From an uncultured Gemmatimonadaceae bacterium (GTDB lineage: Bacteria; Gemmatimonadota; Gemmatimonadetes; Gemmatimonadales; Gemmatimonadaceae): a stretch of 64,000 nucleotides of DNA. The stretch is taken from contig CAWAGQ010000013.1 in the NCBI GenBank assembly GCA_963781585.1, positions 480,001 through 544,000 on the forward strand, written 5' to 3'. Under the pieces are notes generated by a model. The model had not been told where the DNA came from and did no database searches. It saw only the letters and a program-made list of their open reading frames with translations. This document shows, piece by piece, positions 33,336 through 42,181 of the stretch; within the stretch, counting starts at the first letter, position 1, and each line of letters begins with the position of its first letter. The translations under genes and the position numbers were made by a program.

Positions 33336-33956
33336 GTGCGGGTGACCGTGGTCCCGTCGCCCGACGACACGCCGCCCGCGTCGCCCGCCCTCCATGAGCG
33401 GGCGATTGCCAACCTGCGCTTCATCCGCGAGACGATGGAGCGCGCCGGTTCGTTCACCGCGGTGTCGGGAGCCGGGGTGATCGCGGGCGGTGGGATCGCC
33501 GTCCTTGCTGGGGTGGTCGCCGCGCGGGAGGCGACGGCGGCGCGATGGATTGCGGTCTGGGTGGGGGCCGCGGCTGTGGCCCTGGCGGTGAATGTCGGCT
33601 TCACCGTGCGGAAGGCCCGCTCGCTGGGGCCGCCGTTGATGTCGGGCCCTGCTCGCAAGGCACTGCTGGCCTTCACACCCGCCGTGCTGGCGGGTGTCCT
33701 CCTCACCGTGGCGGTTGTACGCGCCGGGGCCGAGGAGCTGCTGGCCGGGATGTGGCTGGTGCTATATGGCGCGGGAGTTACAGCCGGGGGCGCACTGTCG
33801 GTCCCGATCGTGCCGGTGCTGGGGATTCTGTTCATGGCACTGGGCGTGGTGGCGCTGGCGTCGCCGCCCGGGTTGGCCAACTGGTTCATGCTCGCCGGTT
33901 TCGGCGGGCTGCACATCGTGTTCGGTATCGCAATCGCCCGGAGGTACGGTGGCTAA
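33336..33956 (+). CDS. Hypothetical membrane protein
   Basis: NLRFIRETMERAGSFTAVSG; about six TM; FGGLHIVFG. Confidence 0.75.
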   Translation: MRVTVVPSPDDTPPASPALHERAIANLRFIRETMERAGSFTAVSGAGVIAGGGIAVLAGVVAAREATAARWIAVWVGAAAVALAVNVGFTVRKARSLGPPLMSGPARKALLAFTPAVLAGVLLTVAVVRAGAEELLAGMWLVLYGAGVTAGGALSVPIVPVLGILFMALGVVALASPPGLANWFMLAGFGGLHIVFGIAIARRYGG

Positions 33957-34356
33957 GCGCAGTGCACTGGCAGACGATCGCCGGCGGAATCGCGGATCGG
34001 AGCACGAGCATGGCGACGAGGCGGGCCTGCGCGGCGCGCGCGGGAAGACCGCTGACGCGACGCCGGCCGCCCTCGATCGTCTCATTCACGAACGGATGCG
34101 GCTGGGCATCGTCAGTGCGCTGGCGGTGAACGACTCGCTCGCCTTCAACGAACTGAAGGAGCTGATGAAGACGACCGACGGCAACCTCAGCGTCCATGCG
34201 CGAAAGCTCGAGGATGCGGGGTACGTCACCTGCACCAAGACCTTCGAGGGGCGGGTGCCCAAAACCGTCTACGCGTTGACGGCAGCGGGACGCCGGGCGC
34301 TGGAGCGCTATCTCGACCACATGGAAGCGATCATTCGGGTGACAAGGGAGCGGTGA
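33949..34356 (+). CDS. Winged-HTH transcriptional regulator (ArsR/HTH_34-like)
   Basis: [34 protein letters not shown]. Confidence 0.88.
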   Translation: MAKRSALADDRRRNRGSEHEHGDEAGLRGARGKTADATPAALDRLIHERMRLGIVSALAVNDSLAFNELKELMKTTDGNLSVHARKLEDAGYVTCTKTFEGRVPKTVYALTAAGRRALERYLDHMEAIIRVTRER

Positions 34357-35108
34357 GGGTGGACTTCAGCTCGAATGGTGTCGCGGTTCGATCCGGTCGC
34401 CTGACGACGAATCTGCCGCGGCACGTCGCCATCATCATGGATGGCAACGGCCGATGGGCCACAACCCGCGGCAAGTCACGCACGGCCGGGCACCTCGCGG
34501 GCGCGAAGGCGGTCCGTCGTGTGGTCGAGCACGCCCGGCGCCTGGAGCTCGAGTTCCTGACGCTCTACGCGTTCTCGTCGGACAACTGGGCGCGGCCCCC
34601 GGAGGAAGTCGGGGCGCTGATGGCACTGTTCCGCCGTTACCTGGCGGCCGAGGTGCCGCGCTGCGTCGAGCACGGCATCCGCCTGACGATCATCGGACGC
34701 CGGGATCGGCTGACGCCCCAGCTGCGGCGCGCCATCGCGGCGGCCGAGCGCGCCACGCGCGCGGGCAGCGCCCTGCGCCTCCGCATTGCCATCGACTACT
34801 CCTCCCGCGATCTGATTGTGCGGGCAGCCGCCCGGGTGCCCCAGGGGGAACCGGTGTCGCGCGAAGACTTCGCGCGCGCCCTGCGCGACGCGGAACACGA
34901 CGCCAACCGGGTTCCCGATGTCGATCTTCTGGTGCGCACCGGCGGTGAGCAGCGTCTGAGCGACTTCCTGCTCTGGGAGTGCGCGTACGCCGAGCTGGTA
35001 TTCTCGCGCCGCATGTGGCCGGAGTTCGGCGAGACCGATCTCGACTCCGCCCTGCAGGAGTTCATGTCGCGCGAGCGCCGGTTCGGAGCGGTGCGGCGGG
35101 CGGTGTAG
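34353..35108 (+). CDS. uppS: Polyprenyl (undecaprenyl) diphosphate synthase
   Basis: [35 protein letters not shown]. Confidence 0.9.
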   Translation: MRVDFSSNGVAVRSGRLTTNLPRHVAIIMDGNGRWATTRGKSRTAGHLAGAKAVRRVVEHARRLELEFLTLYAFSSDNWARPPEEVGALMALFRRYLAAEVPRCVEHGIRLTIIGRRDRLTPQLRRAIAAAERATRAGSALRLRIAIDYSSRDLIVRAAARVPQGEPVSREDFARALRDAEHDANRVPDVDLLVRTGGEQRLSDFLLWECAYAELVFSRRMWPEFGETDLDSALQEFMSRERRFGAVRRAV

Positions 35109-35218
35109 CCGGCAGCTGAACGATCTGCCTGATCGCTGATGGCGATGGGCCCTCCCGCCCGGGAGGAGCGGCCCGGTGGACCGCGGTCACGCGCTGATCG
35201 CTGACCGCTGAACGCGTC

Positions 35219-35734
35219 CTACGGTATGGTCTGCCTCAGCACGTCCTCGCGCCGCGCCGCGCGGAACACGCGCAGGCGATCCATCACGCCGGACCGCGAC
35301 GTGGCGATGATCTGTGTGGCGAGGATCGCGGCGTTGATCGCACCGGCCTTCCCGATGGCAAGCGTTCCCACCGGCACACCGGCCGGCATCTGCACGGTAG
35401 AAAGCAGCGAATCCATTCCATTGAGGTGCTGCGATGGCATCGGCACTCCCAGGACGGGAAGCAACGTCTTGGAGGCCATGACGCCGGCGAGATGCGCGGC
35501 GCCGCCGGCCGCGGCGATGATGACAATCAACCCACGCGACGCGGCGTCGGCCGAGTAGGCGGCTGCCTCGTCGGGCGTCCGGTGCGCCGAGAGCACGCGG
35601 GCCTCGAACGGAATGCCCAGCTCGTCGAGCGTCTTGCCGCAGTGCTGCATGATCTCATAGTCGCTCTTGCTCCCCATCAGCACGCCGACGAGTGGTTGGG
35701 AGTCGGTGGGGGTGGCGGGTGCGCGTTCGGTCAT
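35219..35734 (-). CDS. purE: N5-CAIR mutase
   Basis: MGSKSD, SAHRTP, AGGAAHLAG, VQMPAGVPV. Confidence 0.95.
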   Translation of the reverse strand: MTERAPATPTDSQPLVGVLMGSKSDYEIMQHCGKTLDELGIPFEARVLSAHRTPDEAAAYSADAASRGLIVIIAAAGGAAHLAGVMASKTLLPVLGVPMPSQHLNGMDSLLSTVQMPAGVPVGTLAIGKAGAINAAILATQIIATSRSGVMDRLRVFRAARREDVLRQTIP

Positions 35735-35795
35735 CGGATCGTATCGGGTGCGGTGAGGGTGGCAAGGATGAATCGAAGGGAAACGTAGGCGTGAG

Positions 35796-35858
35796 GAGGC
35801 CAAAGACCAAAGGCCACAGGCCAAAGGCCAGAGGTCAAAGGCCAGAGGCGAAAGGAGA
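35796..35858 (+). repeat. Degenerate heptamer tandem repeat (NAGGCCA), about 9 units
   Basis: gaggcca aagacca aaggcca caggcca aaggcca gaggtca aaggcca gaggcga aaggaga. Confidence 0.75.
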
Positions 35859-35951
35859 GAGTTCAGGAGCGGTACGTTCTGGTGCGGGATTCGGCCACGG
35901 GCCAGCGTCAGTCGTTCTCCTTCGATTGCAACGCGCGGTATCTTCTGCGCC

Positions 35952-36917
35952 ATGGGGCCAGGGCTCGCACTTCTCGTGATCGCCGGCGGTCTGGCGTTGC
36001 TCGCCGGTGGGGGCGAGGTCCTGATCCGTGGCGCGGTGTCGCTGGCGCGGCTGGCCGGGCTCACGACGGCGGTGATCGGCCTCACCGTGGTGGCATTCGG
36101 AACGTCGCTCCCCGAGCTGACCGTCTCCCTGCTGGCGGCCGCCCGGCACCAGCCCGACATCGCGGTCGGCAATGTGGTCGGGTCGAACATCTTCAACATT
36201 GTCCTCACCCTCGGCATTGCCTCCCTCGTCAGGCCGATGGAGGTGCACGGCACCGCGGTGAAGGTCGACTGGCCGGTGATGCTGGTGGTGACGGCGGCCG
36301 GGGTGATCGTCATGCGCGACCTGGTGATCGATCGGGCCGAGGGCGGGTTTCTGGTGCTCGGCCTGATCGCATTCACGTCGTTTTCCGTCTGGCTGGCGCG
36401 CCGCGAGGTGAAGGATGCCGAGGTGCGGGAGCTGGACGCCGAGGTCACGACGCTGACGCCGCCGCGCGAATGGCGAGCGCTCGGCGTCTCGATCATGCTG
36501 CTCCTGGGCGGCATCGTAGCGCTCGTCATCGGGGCGCGACTGCTGGTCGAGGGCTCGGTGGTGGTGGCGCGGCTGGCCGGGGTCAGCGAGCGGGTGATCG
36601 GTCTGACGGTCGTGGCAGCGGGCACCAGCCTGCCTGAGTTGGCGGCGTCGATCACCGCGGCGCGGCGCGGCCACTCCGACATCGCGATCGCCAATCTGCT
36701 TGGATCGAACGTCTTCAATATCCTGGGCATCCTGGGAATCACTGCCGCGATCCTTCCGATCCGTGTATCGCCGGAGATCATGCGCACCGACGTGTGGTGG
36801 ATGCTGGGGTCGGCGCTCGCGCTGTTCCCACTGATGCGAACCGGACGTCGCATTTCGCGGCTCGAGGGCGGGTTGATGGTTGCGGCGTATGCCGTGTATC
36901 TGGCGTTGTTGATCTGA
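35952..36917 (+). CDS. Calcium/sodium antiporter (YrbG family)
   Basis: Two GTSLPEL...GSN alpha repeats. Confidence 0.92.
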   Translation: MGPGLALLVIAGGLALLAGGGEVLIRGAVSLARLAGLTTAVIGLTVVAFGTSLPELTVSLLAAARHQPDIAVGNVVGSNIFNIVLTLGIASLVRPMEVHGTAVKVDWPVMLVVTAAGVIVMRDLVIDRAEGGFLVLGLIAFTSFSVWLARREVKDAEVRELDAEVTTLTPPREWRALGVSIMLLLGGIVALVIGARLLVEGSVVVARLAGVSERVIGLTVVAAGTSLPELAASITAARRGHSDIAIANLLGSNVFNILGILGITAAILPIRVSPEIMRTDVWWMLGSALALFPLMRTGRRISRLEGGLMVAAYAVYLALLI

Positions 36918-37135
36918 AGGGCAGCTCTCAGTCATCGGCTGACCGCCGCCGCCCCGCGGCAAATGCGAGAAGTCAGGGTTTTCCCGATGCCCGGGTGCGC
37001 GGTTGCCCTATGGTTGGCTGATTGCGGCGCCCCGATCCTTGGCGGCACGGAGGTAGAGAGGCCTGCCCGCACACTGACGGCGGTGCTCCCGCCGCCGGTC
37101 TGCCGCACCAACCAGAGCGACCGGAGGGCGCACGG

Positions 37136-38284
37136 ATGTACTACCCAACGTCCCATCCCTGGGTTGAGAGCGAGACGCTCGGGGAGAACCTCAAATCACG
37201 GGGCATCTCGCGGCGCGACTTTGTCGAGTTCTGCGGCCAGATGGTCGCGGTGCTCGGACTGAGCAACAGCCTGCTGCCGAAGGTCGCGCAGACCCTCGAG
37301 TCGATCAAGCGTCCCAGCGTCATCTGGCTCCAGCTTCAGGAATGCACCGGATGCGTGGAGAGCGTCCTGCGCACCTCCGACCCGACGATCGGAGACCTGC
37401 TGCTCGACATCGTCTCGCTCGACTACCAGCACACGCTGATGGCGGGTGCGGGCGCGGCGGTCGAGAAGGCGCTGGCCGATTCGATGGCGGCGAACAAGGG
37501 GAAGTACGTGCTGATCGTCACCGGCTCGGTGCCGCTCAACGACAACGGGATCTATCTGACCATCGGCGGCCGGACGGGCAAGGAGATTCTGGAGGAGGCG
37601 GCGAAGGACGCGGCGGCGGTGATCGCGGTCGGGGCGTGCGCGCACTGGGGGAGCGTCCAGGCGGCGCGCCCGAATCCGACCGGGGCCGTTGGCGTCAACA
37701 AGATCGTGACCAACAAGCCGGTGCTGAACATCGCCGGATGTCCCCCGATCGCCGACGTGGTGACGGCGACGGTGGTGCACTTCCTGACCTTCGGGCGGCT
37801 TCCGGAGATGGACAGCGAGGGGCGGCCCCTGTTCGCATACGGCAAGCGGATCCACGATCAGTGCCCGCGCCGCGCGCACTTCGATGCCGGCCAGTACGTC
37901 GAGGTGTTCGACGACGAGGCGGCCCGAAAGGGATGGTGCCTCTACAAGGTGGGGTGCAAGGGCCCGGCGACGTTCTCGCCCTGCCCGATCTTCCAGTGGA
38001 ATTCACACACCAGCTGGCCGATCGGCGCGGGCCATCCGTGCCTCGGGTGCACCGAGCCGTTTTTCTGGGACACCATGGCGCCGTTCTACGGCCGGCTGCC
38101 TAACGTGGCCGGGATCGGGATCGAGAACAAGATCGACACGGTCGGGGCGACGCTGGCGCTGGGCGCGGTGGTCGGCGTGACGGCCCACGCGATCGCGACC
38201 GGCATCTATCAGATCCAGCATCGCAGGGCACAGGCAACCGCATCGGGCGGCGCGCCGCCGGCGGCCCCCACGAGGGAGGAATAG
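37136..38284 (+). CDS. hyaA: [NiFe]-hydrogenase small subunit (Tat signal, C-terminal membrane anchor)
   Basis: SRRDFVEFC, ECTGC, GCPP, HDQCPRR, CLYKVGCKGP, GHPCLGC. Confidence 0.93.
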   Translation: MYYPTSHPWVESETLGENLKSRGISRRDFVEFCGQMVAVLGLSNSLLPKVAQTLESIKRPSVIWLQLQECTGCVESVLRTSDPTIGDLLLDIVSLDYQHTLMAGAGAAVEKALADSMAANKGKYVLIVTGSVPLNDNGIYLTIGGRTGKEILEEAAKDAAAVIAVGACAHWGSVQAARPNPTGAVGVNKIVTNKPVLNIAGCPPIADVVTATVVHFLTFGRLPEMDSEGRPLFAYGKRIHDQCPRRAHFDAGQYVEVFDDEAARKGWCLYKVGCKGPATFSPCPIFQWNSHTSWPIGAGHPCLGCTEPFFWDTMAPFYGRLPNVAGIGIENKIDTVGATLALGAVVGVTAHAIATGIYQIQHRRAQATASGGAPPAAPTREE

Positions 38285-38287
38285 GTC

Positions 38288-40003
38288 ATGGCCGCCACGA
38301 GAGTCGTCGTCGATCCGATCACCCGTATCGAGGGGCATCTCCGCATCGAAGCCCAATCGGACAACGGCAAGATCACCAATGCCTGGTCCACCTCGACGCA
38401 GTTCCGCGGAATCGAGATCATCATGCAGGGGCGTGACCCGCGCGACGCGTGGGCCTACACCCAGCGCATCTGCGGCGTCTGCACGGTGGTACACGCCATC
38501 GCGTCCTGCCGCGCGGTGGAAGACGCGCTCGGCATCACCGTACCGCCGAACGCGAACCTGATCCGGAATCTGGTGCACGGCATGCAGTACGTGCAGGACC
38601 ATGTCATTCACTTCTACCATCTCCACGCGCTCGACTGGGTGGATGTGACGAGCGCGCTCAAGGCCGATCCGGCGGCGACCTCGCGGATCGCCGCCAGCAT
38701 TTCTCCGTGGCCGAAGAACTCGGCCACGTATTTCCGCGAAGTCCAGGACCGGGTGAAGAAGTTCGTCTCGTCGGGCCAGCTGGGCATCTTCACCAACGGG
38801 TACTGGGGCCATCCGGCGTACAAACTCCCCCCGGAAGTAAACCTGCTGGCGGTGGCGCACTACCTGGAGGCCCTCGACTGGCAGCGCGACGTGATCCGTC
38901 TGCACACGATCTTCGGGGGAAAGAACCCGCACCCGAATTTCCTGGTGGGCGGAATGGCCTCGGCCATCAACCTCGAGGGTACCGCCACCATCAACGCCGC
39001 GCGGCTGACGGAAATCAGTGACATGATCGCGCGCGCCCAGCGCTTCGTGGAACAGGTGTACTGGCCCGACCTGGTGGCGATCGCCGGGTTCTACAAGGAG
39101 TGGGCGGCGATCGGTGGCGGTGTGAAGAACTATCTGGCGGTGGGGGCGTTTCCCGAAGGCGGCGTGAACGAGGTCGACAAGCTGTACCTGCCGCGCGGCA
39201 TCATCATGAACCGCGACCTGAGCAAGGTGCTGCCCTACGACCAGGAGAAGGTGAAGGAGTACATCTTCAGTTCCTGGTACGAGTACACCCAGGGCGACCA
39301 GGCCGCGCTGCATCCCTACGAGGGCGAAACGAAACCCAAGTACGACGGGCCGCCGACGCCGTGGAAGTACCTGCAGGACGAGAAGAAGTACTCGTGGCTC
39401 AAGTCGCCGCGGTACGACGGCCAGGTGATGGAGGTGGGACCGCTGGCCCGTATGCTGGTGGCTTACGCGTCCGGGCACCCCGAGGCGAAAACCGTCATCG
39501 GCGACGCCCTCGGCAAGCTGGGCGTCGGCCCGGCCGCGCTGTTCTCAACGTTAGGCAGGACGGCGGCGCGCGGTGTCGAAACGCTGCTGCTCGCCCGCCG
39601 GATGAGTACCTGGTACGATGCCCTGGTGACCCGCATCAAGAGCGGCGACACACAGACCTTCAGCAAGGACAAGTGGGATCCGTCCACCTGGCCGGCCAAG
39701 GCCCAGGGTTACGGGTACCTCGACGCCGCCCGCGGCGCGCTCGGCCACTGGGTGCAGATCGAGAACGGCAAGATCTCCCGGTATCAGTGCGTGGTGCCGA
39801 GCACCTGGAACGCCGGTCCGCGTGACGCCAATGGGCAGGTGGGCCCCTACGAGGCGGCGCTCACCGACAACCATCCGCTCCTGGATCCGAACCGGCCGCT
39901 CGAGATCCTGCGCACCATCCATTCCTTCGACCCGTGCATGGCGTGCGGCGTCCACGTCCTCGACGCCGAGGGACGCCTGATCACCGAGGTACGGGTACAA
40001 TGA
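38288..40003 (+). CDS. hyaB: [NiFe]-hydrogenase large subunit, group 1
   Basis: DPITRIEGH, L1 QRICGVC, L2 FDPCMACGVH plus cleavable tail. Confidence 0.95.
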   Translation: MAATRVVVDPITRIEGHLRIEAQSDNGKITNAWSTSTQFRGIEIIMQGRDPRDAWAYTQRICGVCTVVHAIASCRAVEDALGITVPPNANLIRNLVHGMQYVQDHVIHFYHLHALDWVDVTSALKADPAATSRIAASISPWPKNSATYFREVQDRVKKFVSSGQLGIFTNGYWGHPAYKLPPEVNLLAVAHYLEALDWQRDVIRLHTIFGGKNPHPNFLVGGMASAINLEGTATINAARLTEISDMIARAQRFVEQVYWPDLVAIAGFYKEWAAIGGGVKNYLAVGAFPEGGVNEVDKLYLPRGIIMNRDLSKVLPYDQEKVKEYIFSSWYEYTQGDQAALHPYEGETKPKYDGPPTPWKYLQDEKKYSWLKSPRYDGQVMEVGPLARMLVAYASGHPEAKTVIGDALGKLGVGPAALFSTLGRTAARGVETLLLARRMSTWYDALVTRIKSGDTQTFSKDKWDPSTWPAKAQGYGYLDAARGALGHWVQIENGKISRYQCVVPSTWNAGPRDANGQVGPYEAALTDNHPLLDPNRPLEILRTIHSFDPCMACGVHVLDAEGRLITEVRVQ

Positions 40004-40779
40004 CCGCTTCCACCGAAGGGCAGGCGAAGCACCAACACATTCCGCCGGTCCGCGTTGGCGTCTTCGACTTCATGCGTCGGATCCCGCCGCCCAGCGGGGA
40101 ATACGAGTGGGTCTACCTGTGGGAACGCCCCCTGCGCTTCATGCACTGGGTCGCCGCGCTCTGTATCGCAGTCCTCGCGGTGACCGGCCTGTACATCGGC
40201 AAACCGTACTTCGTGACCTCCGGCGAGGCGAGCTCCCATTTCCTGATGGGATACGTGCGCTTCACCCACTTCGCCGCGGCTGCGGTCCTGGTGATGACCG
40301 CGATCGTGCGCTTCTACTGGATGTTCATGGGGAACCGCTTCGAACGGTTTTCGGCGCTCTTCCCGGTGCGTCCGCGGGACCTGCGGAACCTGATGCAGAT
40401 GGTGAAGTTCTACGCGATGATCCAGCCGGACCGGGCACCGCGCTACCTGGGCCACAACCCGCTCCAGCAGCTCAGCTACACGTTCGTATACGGGGCGGCG
40501 GCGGTATCGGCGATCACCGGCTTCGCGCTCTACGGACAGTCGAATCCCGGCGGGTTCATCTACTCGACCTTCAACTGGGTAAACGCCCTGTTCGGCGGCG
40601 CGCAGATTGTGCGGTTCACCCACCACACGTTCACCTGGATCTTCCTGATTTTCATTCCGATCCACATCTATCTCGCGATCCGGGCGGATCACCTGGAGCG
40701 GACGGGAACGATCTCGTCGATCATCAGCGGCGGCCGGTTCGTTCCGGTCGGCGAGGAGTATGTCGATGGCCGTCCGTGA
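40000..40779 (+). CDS. hyaC: Ni/Fe-hydrogenase b-type cytochrome subunit
   Basis: VYLWERPLRFMHW, GHNPLQQ, heme His residues. Confidence 0.9.
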   Translation: MTASTEGQAKHQHIPPVRVGVFDFMRRIPPPSGEYEWVYLWERPLRFMHWVAALCIAVLAVTGLYIGKPYFVTSGEASSHFLMGYVRFTHFAAAAVLVMTAIVRFYWMFMGNRFERFSALFPVRPRDLRNLMQMVKFYAMIQPDRAPRYLGHNPLQQLSYTFVYGAAAVSAITGFALYGQSNPGGFIYSTFNWVNALFGGAQIVRFTHHTFTWIFLIFIPIHIYLAIRADHLERTGTISSIISGGRFVPVGEEYVDGRP

Positions 40780-41278
40780 CGGGCCGCGCACGGTGGTGCT
40801 GGGTCTGGGCAACCTGCTCATGGCCGACGACAGTGTCGGCCTGGCGGCGCTGGCGCGTCTGCAGGACGACTGGTTCATTCCCCCGACCGTGGAGCTGGTG
40901 GACGGCGGCACTTGGGGGATGAACCTGCTGCCGGTGGTGGAGTCGGCGCAGCGCCTGCTGATTCTCGATGCGATCGACAGCGGCGCCGTACCCGGCACGC
41001 TGGCGCGGCTCGAGGGCGACGGCGTCCCGCGGTTTCTGGCACAGAAGCTGTCGCCGCACCAGATCGACCTCCGGGAGGTGCTGGCGCTGGCGCAGCTGCG
41101 CGGCACGCTGCCTCCCGAGCTCGTCGCGTTAGGCATCCAGCCGGCGCGGGTCGAGATGTCCACCGCGCTCAGTCCGGAGGTCGAAGCGGGCCTCGACGAG
41201 CTGGTGAGCCAGGCCGCCGCCGCCCTGGTGGCGTGGGGGGTGTCGTGCTTTCCGCTCACGGAGCCGGCCCGTGCATGA
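40760..41278 (+). CDS. hyaD: Hydrogenase maturation protease
   Basis: VLGLGNLLMADDSVG, DGGT, LDAI, SPHQ. Confidence 0.9.
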   Translation: MSMAVRDGPRTVVLGLGNLLMADDSVGLAALARLQDDWFIPPTVELVDGGTWGMNLLPVVESAQRLLILDAIDSGAVPGTLARLEGDGVPRFLAQKLSPHQIDLREVLALAQLRGTLPPELVALGIQPARVEMSTALSPEVEAGLDELVSQAAAALVAWGVSCFPLTEPARA

Positions 41279-41528
41279 GCTCAGCATCGCGGTCGAGGTG
41301 TGCCGGATGGCCGAGGAACGTCTGGGCGAGGGCGCCGCGCGACTGCGCGTCGTGGGCCTGGAGGTCGGCGACGACTGCGGACTGGAACCGGACAACCTGA
41401 GCTTCTGCCTGGACGCGCTGCTGACCCAGCCGCCGTTCGGCGCCGCGCGATGCGCCCTGGAGCGACGCGTGGGCGACGTGCTCCGGCTCGACTACCTCGA
41501 GGTGGACGATGGCAATCCGGACGATTGA
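41271..41528 (+). CDS. hypA: Nickel metallochaperone HypA, short form
   Basis: MHELSIA start; no CxxC pairs. Confidence 0.8.
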   Translation: MHELSIAVEVCRMAEERLGEGAARLRVVGLEVGDDCGLEPDNLSFCLDALLTQPPFGAARCALERRVGDVLRLDYLEVDDGNPDD

Positions 41529-42180
41529 GGTCCGCGAACGGGTCATGGCGAAGAACGACGAGCTGGCGTCGGAAGTCCGCCGCCGGCTCGAGGCCCACGG
41601 GGTGACGGCCTTCAACCTCGTCTCGTCGCCCGGATCCGGAAAGACGACCCTGCTGGAGCGCACGCTCGACGCACTGGGGCACGAGCTGGGCATCGCCGTG
41701 GTCACCGGCGACGTGCAGACCCGGAACGACGCCGAGCGGCTGGCCCGGCGCACCACGCGGCTGGTGCAGGCGGTGGTCACCGGCGGCGCCTGCCACCTGG
41801 ACGCGCGCCAGGTTCTGGAGTCGCTCGACGCGATCGATCTGGCGGCCACGCGGCTGCTGTTCGTGGAAAACGTCGGCAACCTGGTCTGCCCGGCCAGCTG
41901 GGACCTCGGCGAGCTGGCGAAGATCGTGGTGTTCTCGGTTACCGAAGGTGAAGACAAGCCGCTCAAATACCCGAAGATGTTTCGCGAGGCGCGGTACGCG
42001 GTGCTCAACAAGATCGACCTCCTGCCATACGTGCCGTTCGACGTCGAGCGGGCGCTCGATTGTGCGCATCAGGTGAATCCGGATCTGCAGTTCTTCCAGG
42101 TCTCGGCGCTCACCGGAAAGGGGCTCGATGTCTGGATGGACTTTCTCCGCAGCCACGCCGCACCCGCCGTCGCGGTGTGA
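41509..42180 (+). CDS. hypB: Nickel insertion GTPase
   Basis: SSPGSGKTT, CHLDA, ENVGNLVCP, NKIDL. Confidence 0.95.
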   Translation: MAIRTIEVRERVMAKNDELASEVRRRLEAHGVTAFNLVSSPGSGKTTLLERTLDALGHELGIAVVTGDVQTRNDAERLARRTTRLVQAVVTGGACHLDARQVLESLDAIDLAATRLLFVENVGNLVCPASWDLGELAKIVVFSVTEGEDKPLKYPKMFREARYAVLNKIDLLPYVPFDVERALDCAHQVNPDLQFFQVSALTGKGLDVWMDFLRSHAAPAVAV

Positions 42181-42181
42181 C

